Assembly (NCBI GenBank): GCA_030295235.1
Contig: AP026148.1
Coordinates: 186,001 to 250,000 of the forward strand
DNA length: 64,000 bases
Reading direction: 5' to 3'
Source of the DNA: Fistulifera solaris
Taxonomy: Eukaryota
Below are positions 25,995 to 36,951 of this stretch, piece by piece. The notes under the pieces are model-generated. The model did no database searches, had not been told where the DNA came from, and was given only the letters and a program-made list of their open reading frames with translations. Every line of letters begins with the position of its first letter. Within the stretch, counting starts at the first letter, position 1. The translations under genes were made by a program, and so were the position numbers.

Positions 25995-26614
25995 TTACGC
26001 CTGATTGGCTTGTCGTACATCACTCGTATCCTTCGCTTGCCATCCCCTCTGACCTCCTTCGACAAACGGCACGACGCGGCATACCAAATCTCGTCGTTGC
26101 AATTGTCGTCCCAGTGTCAAGCATTCTTCCCTTGGCCATGTTCCTGTGATGATGCAAGTGTCAGTGAAATACAGTAGAATCCTTCCTTTCACATACAATC
26201 GAACGCACCCAAACACGACATGCCCTGTTCACGCGCAAATTTCGATAACTCGTTCGCTTCTTCTCCCGGCATATCGAGTACATAAGTAAGACTTCCCGAT
26301 ACATACGAAACGGTGATTTTGGGTTTCTCAAACGTCGATCCCATGAGGAGAATATGAAATGGATCTTCCATTTCGCGGTTTTCGTTCGAATCAATTAGAT
26401 ATTCCAAATCACCGTAATCATTGTCGTCATTATCATTAACATCATCCAATCCCATCATTTCTCCCTGTTTCGACTTCGTTTCTGTCGGAGGCTCCATCGT
26501 CGTCGCGCCTTGCAGGAACGACGAAGATCGCGATACAACCCGCGGCGGAGCAAAGGCAGTTGTCAACGACAACGAGGTCAACAGATAGAAGCCGAGTTTC
26601 CCTAATTGAATCAT
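25995..26614 (-). CDS. Plastid-targeted ClpS-like N-degron adaptor
   Basis: Signal peptide ending TTA|FAP. 'PFHILL...YVSGSLTYVL.M...A.EL...AREQG.SCLG|TWPREEC...LQRRDL.CRVVP' fits the ClpS pattern; one intron. Confidence 0.7.
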
Positions 26615-26981
26615 ACTGATTGAAATAATGAAATGATGGATACGAATAAGCAATAGGAAAGCGAAAAGTTGTAGTCGTAAATGCAAACAAAAGATGAGCG
26701 TTACCTCGATCATAGAATGACAACGTACAAAGCTGCGTTGGTGCGATAATTTCTCGAGGAAGAAAAAAAGGTTCGGAGACGACGAGTGTGTTCGCAGAAC
26801 TCGAACGCAGCCCCGCACCTTGTTGGGACTTAATAAGTATAGTGAAAATAGTATCGGTACCGAATAGCAGCTGGCCTGCTGATGTCCAGAGAAAGATCGG
26901 TAGCCGCGTGGCAAAACGAGCTCTTTAGGTACCGGTACCGGAACGATAATTACTATTTTCCAAAGTGTTCTTCGTTTTTCG

Positions 26982-27006
26982 CCAGGACTGGATTCCAGTC
27001 ATGAAT
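26982..27006. promoter_or_regulatory. Recurrent intergenic motif CCAGGACTGGATT..GTCATGAAT, copy 1
   Basis: Near-identical copy at 50888-50914 and a diverged copy at 38691-38716. Contains the palindrome GACTGGA-T-TCCAGTC. Confidence 0.45.
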
Positions 27007-27174
27007 TCAATGTTGGTTCTACCGTCAAATAATGAAATCCCCCGTTCACCAGACCAATCCTTTCAATCCTTTCTGCCAACAGAAGAGATTACGTAGTAAC
27101 AAAGACCTATTTATTTGGCTTGTCATCATCCAAAGCGTTCATAATGAAAGTTATTCAATAGAGGATACAAAAGA

Positions 27175-27927
27175 ATGAATGAAGAGCAGCGACAACACGA
27201 AGCCCGTCATCGGAGACGAAAAGAAGAATTTATTTTGGGAAAACAATTTGTGGACACGGTCATGTTAGCCGGAAAAAGTCTAGATTCACAACGCAGCAAC
27301 AAATCCGCAACAGCTAAAGGTTTGACGAAATTAGAAGAACCCGTCTTTCGGAAACACACGTATTACAATTGGACGTACGGAATGATAGCGGGTGTCAGTA
27401 TAGCCGCCGCACTTGTGGGAGTGACACGTTGGCGGGGTCGCTCCAAGATACGTCTCCCCACGGCCACCGTATCGGATGATGCCATTTTACGTGCTACAGC
27501 AACAACCACTAGTGCACCCATCAAACAACGATCACTCACGGACGAAATTATCACGGAAGTACAAATGATCACCTTTGGTGCTATTGCCGCGGTCACGACG
27601 GTCGTCACCGCGTCGCTCTCGTCCGATTACCGTCGTTTGTTTCGTGAATTGGCCGTCGTGCCGTTGCAACCGGGCAAATCGTACCTGTGTGCACACATGT
27701 GTCCGCAGTTAATACAGCAAGCGAAGTCGTTGACTCCGGAACAGAAAAGGGTGTGGGACGATCCGGAAACAGAAGAATTGGAGAGCATACGTAAAATGGT
27801 GTATAATTGTGAACAGCGCATGCTATTCGAGCAAGATCAACGCTCTCGTTTAAATTTGGATCGAGAAGACCAAAACGTAGTCGTCGAGGTTCCCGAGCCG
27901 GGTGTTCCCATTCGCTATCAGTATTGA
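27175..27927 (+). CDS. Hypothetical 2-TM protein, unknown family, paralog A
   Basis: Intact 250-aa ORF with two hydrophobic segments. Shares 'PLxxGxS...CP...CEQR..F/YE...PxPGVP' with 33414-34337. Confidence 0.75.
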   Translation: MNEEQRQHEARHRRRKEEFILGKQFVDTVMLAGKSLDSQRSNKSATAKGLTKLEEPVFRKHTYYNWTYGMIAGVSIAAALVGVTRWRGRSKIRLPTATVSDDAILRATATTTSAPIKQRSLTDEIITEVQMITFGAIAAVTTVVTASLSSDYRRLFRELAVVPLQPGKSYLCAHMCPQLIQQAKSLTPEQKRVWDDPETEELESIRKMVYNCEQRMLFEQDQRSRLNLDREDQNVVVEVPEPGVPIRYQY

Positions 27928-28855
27928 ATGAATTTATAAGAAAGTAAAGAAGATACGCCTACTACATTCTAAGCATCCCTTTAGACAACACTAAGGGTCG
28001 TGAGTTCAAGTAATTTTCGTAGTTAGAGGAAACATCGTAAACATTAAATGCAATGCAGCAAAGTGAGCTAAAGATCAATAGGATACCGATGAATTTAATG
28101 AAAGGGCAAAGGTCTCTAGAATTTAACGCCGTAGAAGCCTAGGTATTCTAGAGGTTCTAGTCTTTGCTTGGAAAGCATTGAAGTTGATGACGTAGCAGTG
28201 AGTAGAAAGATCGCTAAACGCTAACTTGCAAAGATTGCTCTTTGATAACGTCTAAAAACGTGCTTGGCAAAAAGCCAAGTTGGACCGAAGGGAAGATGTG
28301 ACGACGTCAACAGTCATCGACGGCCCTTGTCGACGACGACTTATGAGCATTGAGCAAGCCTTAAATTTAAAAAATTATACTCGGAATAATCGAACATCTC
28401 TAAAAATCTAGACTAGCTAACATCTAACATCTCTCTCACAATCTCCTACCCTTGTATCTTCTAACCAACACCAACTGGCTTCACCCATCTTCAACTATCT
28501 TTTTGTGGTTTTTGTATCTTTACAATTTAATGGAGTATACAGAAGTAAAACGTGAAGAGGGGTGATGCTGAAGTTCAATTACCTGGTAAAGAACGAATAC
28601 TAGAGATGATAAGTTCGACCGTGGACGTGGCACGTTCTCATAAGATGTATAAGATATAATTGAGACATAAGAGTGTATGCCTGGAAGATGGCAGATGACA
28701 GCTTGGCTTGAAAAATTGTATACAGCAAATAATTAAACTGCATGGAGCATAGCTCACGGATGTTTTTTCACCCAGGAAATGCGAATCTTCCAAAGCAGAG
28801 CCAAGCAGAGAACAGCTCTCCATAAACTCACAATTCAGGGTGGAAAATATTTGCC

Positions 28856-30178
28856 ATGATGGTATCGAAGTACTTCGTCTTTGGCTTGCTGCTCAAAGAA
28901 GCTGCGGCTTTCACAGCCGTTACGCACTCTTCCTCGGCCTTAACTCATCGAAGCCATACTGCAGCAGATTCCTCCAGCAGCGCTCTTCAAGCAATTTCTG
29001 TGGAGAAGACGAAACACACTCTTTACTACGTTGAGTCCATTAATCAGATAAAAGACGGGAAGCCACAATGGTCTGAAGAGATCGATGCCTACACGTTGAC
29101 GAACAACAAGGGAATGAAGGTTACAGGTATGCCACGCGGTGCAAATCTTTGTGATCTCACTCTCGGAGACACGAATTATGTCTGGGAGAACAAGGCAGGA
29201 GGGGCATATTATGGCCCATTCAGCAACTCATTTCCTCTTTCTCGCGGTCTCATTTTGAACGGTGGTGTCCGCTTTGCGGCGGTAACCGCCGAGCATGGTT
29301 TGTACTATGACACCGATTGGGAGATGTCTACTGATGTTTCAGGGGAAGGCGAGGCCAGTATCATCTTTCGGATCCAGGACACCATGGAACAGCGTTTCAA
29401 GGTTAAGGATCCCTTTTCCGTCGGCCAGTTCAATCGTGCAGATGGCGCACAATCAACGACTGCTACTGGACGAATGACCAAGTATCCTGTCACGAACATG
29501 ATTTTCACATTCAAAATTACTCTCAAGGACGATGAGGACTTTGTTCGGCTATCCATGACTATTGAGAATCCCACGAGCAAATCATGCAATGCCGAGGCGT
29601 GGGTCCCGATGACTTTCCCCATCGACAAAAATTCGCAAATCCTTTCTCGTCAAAAAACTCGATGGAACAAACGTAATCAATTGGGCCGACATCAACACTT
29701 TCAGCGATGATCCGAAAGTTGATTTCAACAAGCCGCTCAGTTGGCCGAAGTCCGGAATCTTTTACGACTTTCCACACAAGCAAGGCTTGTACCACGGCTG
29801 CACCATCGACAAATCTGGCAAGGGGATTGTTTACTATGCTCCGGAGGGAAAGCCGCATTACACAAAGATGTGGGGGTGGGGTAATCCCGACAATTTCGTC
29901 AGGGAAGAAGCGGAAAAGAACGATCCCCTCGCGGCAGGACGACCGGCAACGGAGTACTACGAGCCATGGAGCAGTGGATTTAACTTTGCCTTTTCCAAAC
30001 GGCCGAGTTCAAGTCTATGACAAGGTATAACTGGGAGATCGCATTAGTGCCCATTCCTGATGGTCTCGAAAATTCAAAAACGCTCGAAGAAAAGCTTGAG
30101 GTTGTTGACAACTACATTGAGGCTCGCATCGACAGCCTCTCCACCGTGGCTGACGTGACGGAAACACCCATTGAATAG
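28856..30178 (+). CDS. Galactose-mutarotase-like / DUF5107-like protein with signal peptide
   Basis: Signal peptide ending AAA|F. 'YTLTNNKGMKV...GANL' (aldose-epimerase-like start), 'GGVRF...EH', 'KMWGWG', 'YYEPWS'. Frameshifts near 29665 and 29995; no introns seen. Confidence 0.6.
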
Positions 30179-30615
30179 GGAAGAATGATAGATACTGTTA
30201 ACAGTCAGTTTGAAATTTTGGCAAAGATGAGCCATTAAAACTCCATTCGTTTTCATCGTCATTCCCTTGATGGATCATTTACACTCCGGTAATACTGAAA
30301 CTGATACTGGAATGAGATTAGGCACGCAAGCGAGAGGAATTCTTTCTCGTCACTATAGTTTGCATCTAACATTTTCTCTCGGCTACAAAGATTAGACAAC
30401 ACACCGCAAAAAAAACGATCGTATCACTTTCGGGCATCCGAATTGCGAAAAGTGAAAACAAGGCCACAATCAACCTGCGCGAAGAAGCTTATATTCGTAG
30501 CCAGCTTCATTTATTGGGCCTTTTCCCTCGTCACTACCACCATAATGATGATAAAGGTGATCATGATCATGCCTTGACAATTAATAACATTGAAACACTT
30601 TAAGAATTAAAATAC

Positions 30616-31266
30616 TCAAATAAATTCCATGTTCTTGGCTTCACAATGATCCGCAAACTGCAAATAACAACGCAAGTATTCATCCTGCACTTGATCTTGA
30701 CGATACAATTCCACCAAATTGGAGGTCGACAACACCTTGTCTTGTTGTAAATTTCGTTGCCATCGCACGAGTTCTTTCATAAGAACCTGACATAATTGCC
30801 GTGCTAGAGCCGAAGAAGGATGGGCAGCTGGAAAGTGGGCGATTTGTTCCAATGTTTGCACACGTCTCCACAAATAAACCGTCATCCCCAAACAAGTACA
30901 GGAAGCGAAATCCAAAACGAGATCGAACCGTTTCCATTTTGTTGATTCTCGCTTCAAATCGGCTTGGAACGGAGTAAAGAAAATAGGGCTTTGTTTCCGG
31001 CGCCATGCCGATGGTTGAAAAAGGACTGTGTGGTACGACAGATGATGCCGAGCGTGGCGATATGAGACGTGGCAGTAAACGAGCTCGCACACTTCTCAAT
31101 GCGATAAAAGACAAGATACCAGCACCAATGCCACAGAGAGTATCCCCAGGACCGAAGAGACGGTCAAAAGAAAGCGATGTTCCTTAGGAAAAGATGATTT
31201 CTGAAAAGTATGAATCGATTCCTGCCAAACTCTTTGCAAGGCTGAGGAAATTTGCTTTTCTTCCAT
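30616..31266 (-). CDS. Hypothetical 2-TM protein, paralog B (frameshifted)
   Basis: Joining frames gives 'GILSFIALRSVR...HSPF...LVLDF...IAHFP...LCQVLMKEL...VQDEYL..YLQFADHCE', colinear with paralog C. Confidence 0.6.
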
Positions 31267-31697
31267 GGGAGTGAGACGTTGGCGTCGTGATTGTTTCTCG
31301 GTATTGCTTCTCGCAGGTGGATTCATGTTGCATACACGAGCCGCAAAGGTTTTCTCGTTTGGGTTCACAGAGCTTGTGAACATGAGCATGACGAGAGCGT
31401 TTGTCGTCAAAAAAGAAACATTATTACTGGTACCAGGTACCGGTACCGATACCATGGTACTGTACCTGGCAAACGAAAATGTCATCGGAACAACGGAAAC
31501 GCGTCGAAGAAACACCACACTCCCAGATTTTCTGTGCACGTGTCGTTAAGATACCACATACACAGATTTTCTACGTCGTAACTAGGTACTGAAGCCGCAC
31601 ATCATGCATGGCATTCAAATACTAACGTCACGTTTTTATCATTATTTATATGTTTCGCTTGTAGTGCACTAACCACTTTTAAGTTATCCATGAATCA

Positions 31698-32318
31698 TCA
31701 GCGTGCCGGAACAAGAGGCATCACCTTCTTGGGCTTCAGTTTGGCGGCACAAGCGAAGCACTGCGGATAAAATTTTTCCACCATTTCTCCTCCGAAATAC
31801 TTTACGATTTTGATACTCCAACGGCTGTGAATACAACTACGGTCGGGATTGTAATTGGTCTTTTGAATTCTCCATATAAGAAATGATGAATCCGTTGTTG
31901 AAAGGGACGACCAGTGCCGCATTTGTGGCAACCGTAGTCTTCACCTAGCTCTTGAATTTTGGCTTCAATCTTGTTACGGTTTGCTTTCGAAACAAAAGAC
32001 TCCGTCAAAGAGGCGCGCACGCCTTTTACAGCATATCGACCCCGACGACTTGGCGCTGTGGTACGGAAGCTGTAGCAAACGAGATTATTTCCCGGAAGCG
32101 TCCTTCGAACGGAACAAGTCACTGTTTACGAAGAAGGGCCACTTGAGGCTTCCAACCTCATTACGGGTATGCTTATTCTTTGAAATTCGACTCTCTTCCA
32201 TTTGGTCGACAATTCCTTGTGATTGAAGGAGGAGGCGGCTGAGAAAGTTCGTGGCCGGTGCTGTTCTACCAGATTCTTCTTTTACCATGCGTGGTGAATT
32301 TGAGGGGACATTTCCCAT
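31698..32318 (-). CDS. Degenerate HNH-like zinc-finger protein, paralog of 53752-54686 (frameshifted)
   Basis: 'KIQELGEDYGCHKCG' and 'KFYPQCFACAAK' match 'LIQEMGKKDGCHTCG' and 'QFFPHCQACSSKQ' of the 54-kb gene. Confidence 0.55.
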
Positions 32319-33413
32319 TTTTCTTCGCTTCTAAGACAGTGCAGCTTTCTCACGAACCGCTTTTTATGTGAGATTTATTAGAAATGGAAAGAAGATAAAT
32401 ACAGATGGAAACCGGCCGATAATGTGCGACAGCACAGTAACAACAATGGGCGGATGAAAACTGCTCACATACACGATCAAAAAAAAGTGACGCGTCTCCG
32501 TTCCTTGTACTTGTATCGAGTAGTTTGTCGAAAACGGTCTTGGCTGCGCAGAATGATATGATAGCTAAGTGGAGAAACCCAAGATGGGTGCTATGTTACT
32601 GCTTCACAATACAACAATGTTTAGTGCGTTCTTCATCATGATTCCCTCTACTTTGAATTCACAGAAAAAGACTTCCGCAATTTCTCTATAGGGCAACTCG
32701 GTTACAAAATTTACTCTGTTCCATGGCACAATGAGGGCGCTGCGGATAAAACTGCTGCTTCACTTCTTCTCCGACTTGCTTCACTTTCTTTACAAAACTG
32801 TTGGGGGAATGTGAGCCGCACGGAACGAAATTGTTTTGGATTCCCCACGCAACACACGGTGAAGCAGGTTATGTAGCCAAGAGCCAGCACCGCACGTGTG
32901 GCAACCATACTGATGTCAAATCTCCTGGATCATCTTTTCTCTCCCTTCCGCGTCGCGTACTTGTTCGTGGCAGGCAGACTCTTTGCCGCAAACGGGCCAG
33001 GCTTTGCATAACTCAAAGCACGCTGGGTCGGGATCCGACAACTGGAGGAGGAGGATCAGATTTCACTTAATGGAGGAGGGATTTTTTATTTACGGGACCA
33101 CTTACGCTCGTTCGATGAACGTACTAAGAGCAACAAACATAGTTCGATATCGTTTGAATATCGATTGAATTTGTGAGAGGAACGAAAGAACACGAAACCG
33201 ATGATGTAGTTTGATCGTGGGAAAATTCCGATGGAAAGTGACTGAAACGTTGGATGGAAACGGACCACTAGAAACGGCTTTTGCAAAACGCATGATTCGA
33301 CTTAAACGGACCTAATCATTCTGAATGGGTATAAGTCGATTCCCAAAGTAATAAGAAACCTTCGTTGTATTTTCGTGTGTTCGTGTACTTACATGTACTT
33401 CATTATAAAATAA

Positions 33414-34337
33414 TTATTTATCGTCTCCTTGATCGCGTGTCAGATCATCCGCCCAACTCGTATCTTCATTCATCCATTCCGTACTACTACCTGTCAAAGT
33501 GCTATTGTTGTCTTCCCAATCGTCGTGCGGAACTCCCGGCGCCGGTATGGACATGTGAAACGGCTTTTCCGGATCCAATCCTTGTTCTTGTTGCAACCGA
33601 TTCTCGTACACGCGCCGCTGTTCACAATGTTTTCCAAAGTCCACAATGGCTTTCAAATAAACACTTTGGACGTCCTTCTTCCAATCCGACGAATTCATAT
33701 CACGATCCAATCGTTGCAATTCTTCCAACACCACCGGACAAAATTCTTCTGCCACGACGGAATGTCCCTGCAACAAAGGGATCCGCGAGAACTCTTGCAA
33801 AATCATTTTCATGTCCGTGAATTGAACGGAGGCCATGACCGCAACTGCGAAGCTGACGGTTCCGTCCAAAATGAGTCCTAATACTTTGAGTACCAGGGGT
33901 TCTTGTAGCTGCTGAGGCCCGTTCGAAATGGGAGGCGGAAAGGGGGACAGTGCCGTTGGCGCTTGAAAGGGACTGTTTTGTACATGCGTATTGCCATTTG
34001 CTCCGGGAATATTATTCGACGGAGGCTTCAAAGAGGCTTGAAATCGACGTTGTAACACAATTCTACGTACGCGACGGAGCAACACAAAGGAAAGAATCCC
34101 AGTCGCCGCTCCGGGCAACAACCCCGAATTGTTCAATTTGAGCAATATTTCCTTTTCGGCAGCTTCCAGTTTGACTGACGAGGCTCCGCGCGTCATTCGA
34201 ATGGTATCTAGTTTCTTTTGTAGCGAAGTGAGAACAGATTCCACGATGAGACCTTCTTGACGAAGCTTTTCTTTTTGGCTTTTGGCCATGCGAGCTTCTT
34301 CGCGTCGCTGACTATTGTTATCTTGGGGTGCTGACAT
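33414..34337 (-). CDS. Hypothetical 2-TM protein, paralog C
   Basis: Long open ORF: 'GILSFVLLRRVR...IPLLQGHSVVAEEFCP...HCEQRRVYE...IPAPGVP'. Confidence 0.75.
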   Translation of the reverse strand: MSAPQDNNSQRREEARMAKSQKEKLRQEGLIVESVLTSLQKKLDTIRMTRGASSVKLEAAEKEILLKLNNSGLLPGAATGILSFVLLRRVRRIVLQRRFQASLKPPSNNIPGANGNTHVQNSPFQAPTALSPFPPPISNGPQQLQEPLVLKVLGLILDGTVSFAVAVMASVQFTDMKMILQEFSRIPLLQGHSVVAEEFCPVVLEELQRLDRDMNSSDWKKDVQSVYLKAIVDFGKHCEQRRVYENRLQQEQGLDPEKPFHMSIPAPGVPHDDWEDNNSTLTGSSTEWMNEDTSWADDLTRDQGDDK

Positions 34338-34700
34338 TCTCAAACAACGATTTTGTAACGCGGAATCAACTATTCTACGAAATAAAAGCAGTTCATGAAT
34401 CAACTAGCATGGGAAACAGTCACAAAGGGAGCGAACTGCATCATCATCATCATCGTAAAAATAATGTAGCTGCGTCGCATTTCGATGCGTTTCTTTCATT
34501 CTCATTTCTTATCCCGAGTACAACGTCAGCGAAGGTTTCTTGACGGGTGCGGACGAGGAACAGACAGACGGACGCGCCATCGTTGTTCATGTCGCGATCG
34601 GCACGCTCATGATGATTCGCATGATGTTTCGCTTCCGCCTCTTGTCCTTCACTGAAGTATTAGCTCCCTTCCGTCCTTATCAATACCAAGAGGCTTTAAC

Positions 34701-35924
34701 ATGAAGCTGCTTTCAAGTATCTACATGGTCGGCTCCTCCATCGCAATGGCGGAAGCATTTACGATACGATCCGTTTCATCACGACGGAAAATGGCCTCCA
34801 TCCAGGCAACAATGGATGGCTTCTCGTACAGCATCGCCTCCAAATGTTTATCCGACTCCTGGATAAATCTGGTTCAAAATGGAAAGGTTTCGGCTACAAT
34901 AAATGTGGATGGAGAGACGGCACGATATGGAGTCACTTGGAAGGACGACAGGTGTTGCGAATTCGTCGAGGGCACATCACCACAAATCCAAGAACTTCAA
35001 GCGCTATTAGAGTCGCGCAGAGCGCAACAAGTTATCACCACTGACGATGGATACACCGTACAACTTCCTTTGTTGCGTACATTACGGCCACCTCCATCGC
35101 CCGGATTCTCAGGTGCGACTTCGTCCACACCACCACCATATGACGCTTTGACCGATTCTTTTGTGACGGGTCTTTTGGCATTGCAGCTCCGTCCTGTCGT
35201 CGCGACATTATCTCTTCCGCAACTCAACACACCGTGGCAAGTCTTTCATAATGTCAGTCCGGCCGATGTACGGGGCCATTTTCTGCTGATTCCGACGTTG
35301 GACGTACCGGATACCAACTGGCGAGCACAGGCACTCACGCCGGCCGATTGTCATGATTTGGTCCACTTGGCGTCTTCCATCGCGCCCGTGGGTAGTATGC
35401 TGATTGGATTTAATAGTGTGGGAGCGGCGGCGAGTCAAAATCATATTCACGCTCACGCTTGGCCTTCGTGGGATTATGCGGTATCAAATGTGACGAGCAT
35501 TTTTGATTATTTTGACTTGGAGAATAGAGTGGAAGTAACGTGGCTGGAATATCCTGTCTTTTGTATTGAAATGTCTTCGTCGAATGGCGACGCACTGGGA
35601 AGCGCTGTGGCGGATGTGTTACGTTGTCTCGGTGACGCGCCCTACAATGTGGGGTTTATCAATCGTCAAGATGAGGATGACGACAAAGTTATCTACACGG
35701 ATGTCTACATATTTGCACGGTCAAAAGAACGTTCGTACTCCATTCCGGAATTGAAACTGGGAATCAGTGAAATGATGGGAGTATTTCACGCACAGAGTCA
35801 ACAAGAATTCGAGCTGCTAAGCACGAAAGAAGTAATGTCAAAGGCGCTTAGTGATGTCACCAATTACGACGAGACTGCGCTTTGGAAGAAAATTCAAGAA
35901 GCGTTCACCGGTGTAGTGCAATAG
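34701..35924 (+). CDS. HIT-superfamily GDP-hexose phosphorylase-like protein (GDPGP1/VTC2-like), probably plastid-targeted
   Basis: 'NVSP...GHFLLIP', 'IGFNSVGAAASQNHIHAH' (HxHxH), 'PYNV', 'GISEMMG'. Signal peptide ending AEA|F. Confidence 0.75.
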   Translation: MKLLSSIYMVGSSIAMAEAFTIRSVSSRRKMASIQATMDGFSYSIASKCLSDSWINLVQNGKVSATINVDGETARYGVTWKDDRCCEFVEGTSPQIQELQALLESRRAQQVITTDDGYTVQLPLLRTLRPPPSPGFSGATSSTPPPYDALTDSFVTGLLALQLRPVVATLSLPQLNTPWQVFHNVSPADVRGHFLLIPTLDVPDTNWRAQALTPADCHDLVHLASSIAPVGSMLIGFNSVGAAASQNHIHAHAWPSWDYAVSNVTSIFDYFDLENRVEVTWLEYPVFCIEMSSSNGDALGSAVADVLRCLGDAPYNVGFINRQDEDDDKVIYTDVYIFARSKERSYSIPELKLGISEMMGVFHAQSQQEFELLSTKEVMSKALSDVTNYDETALWKKIQEAFTGVVQ

Positions 35925-36261
35925 TTTCAAGATTGGCTTTCAGAGGATCATAGAGTACGGCTACTTTTGATTATTCCCTTTCATTTTTACAGACACCAAT
36001 GTCTATCTTGTACGTCTTCAAAAGGCAGTGCGAATGGCTCTGATAATTCAAATCATTCATTCACTATAATACCCTTTACCAAACACGTGGATGCTTCTTG
36101 CAAGGCTTTCACTTATGCTGGCCTACAATCAAAGTAGGTTTTAAGTCGTATGTCCATAATTTAATTGAAGCGCTAACGTTTTGTACAATATGTGAATGCT
36201 GCCGAGTTTACATAGAAGGCAGTATTGTTGCGCTGAGGAAGCAATGTCTATGATAGCCGTT

Positions 36262-36951
36262 CTAAGCGACGACTTGCGCAGGTGTCATATCGTTCGAAAC
36301 AAACAAGTCCAAAAGAAAATGGCTCAAAGCCTGATCTTCATCTCCACGAACTTGTCGCACTCGGACGATCTGTTCACCAAAATTGGCCTCCAAGAAGCCA
36401 CTCAAATGCTGGTGCGGCTCCGAAAGCTCAATGTCCGGTACTTGAAACTGCGCGCGGTAAGCAGCATTCGCGTGCACTACCCGGTACGGACTGTGAGCTT
36501 CAATCAAGAGAACAGGCGCTCCGCAAAAACCGAGCGCTTCCTCAATGGAAACGATTCTTTTATCAATGTTCCATCGTTTTCCATTAGGGCAGGACGGTAA
36601 GTCCTCCTCTCGCAGATTTCCAGACTTGAGTTTAGCACTGTTGGAGAGCTGAGAAATCATGTCGCACAAAGACGTCATGCGCTTGTCTTTCATCCTGTTC
36701 AGCCTCTCCTGTCGCTTATCAAAGTGCGTAGCGCGTACCGTTCGTACCGAATTGAATCTCACGCGAACGGGCCGTTCTTTGCATCGTGGTGCCGTTGTGA
36801 GCGATTGACGGTATTCGTTGGTTTGTTCCTGTCCCTTACCGTCATTTCCGTCGCCGCCTTCACTGCTCTCTGATGATCTATCGGCAACATAGCCACTGTC
36901 TGCAGTGAAGCTCATGGTGCTGTTTTTACTTGTCTTGGACCTGATTGTCAT
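36262..36951 (-). CDS. Hypothetical protein with a possible degenerate PAS-like C-terminal domain
   Basis: 229-aa ORF. 'PVLLIEAHSPYRVVHANAAY' resembles the start of a PAS fold (hhh...I..vNxAf). Confidence 0.5.
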   Translation of the reverse strand: MTIRSKTSKNSTMSFTADSGYVADRSSESSEGGDGNDGKGQEQTNEYRQSLTTAPRCKERPVRVRFNSVRTVRATHFDKRQERLNRMKDKRMTSLCDMISQLSNSAKLKSGNLREEDLPSCPNGKRWNIDKRIVSIEEALGFCGAPVLLIEAHSPYRVVHANAAYRAQFQVPDIELSEPHQHLSGFLEANFGEQIVRVRQVRGDEDQALSHFLLDLFVSNDMTPAQVVA

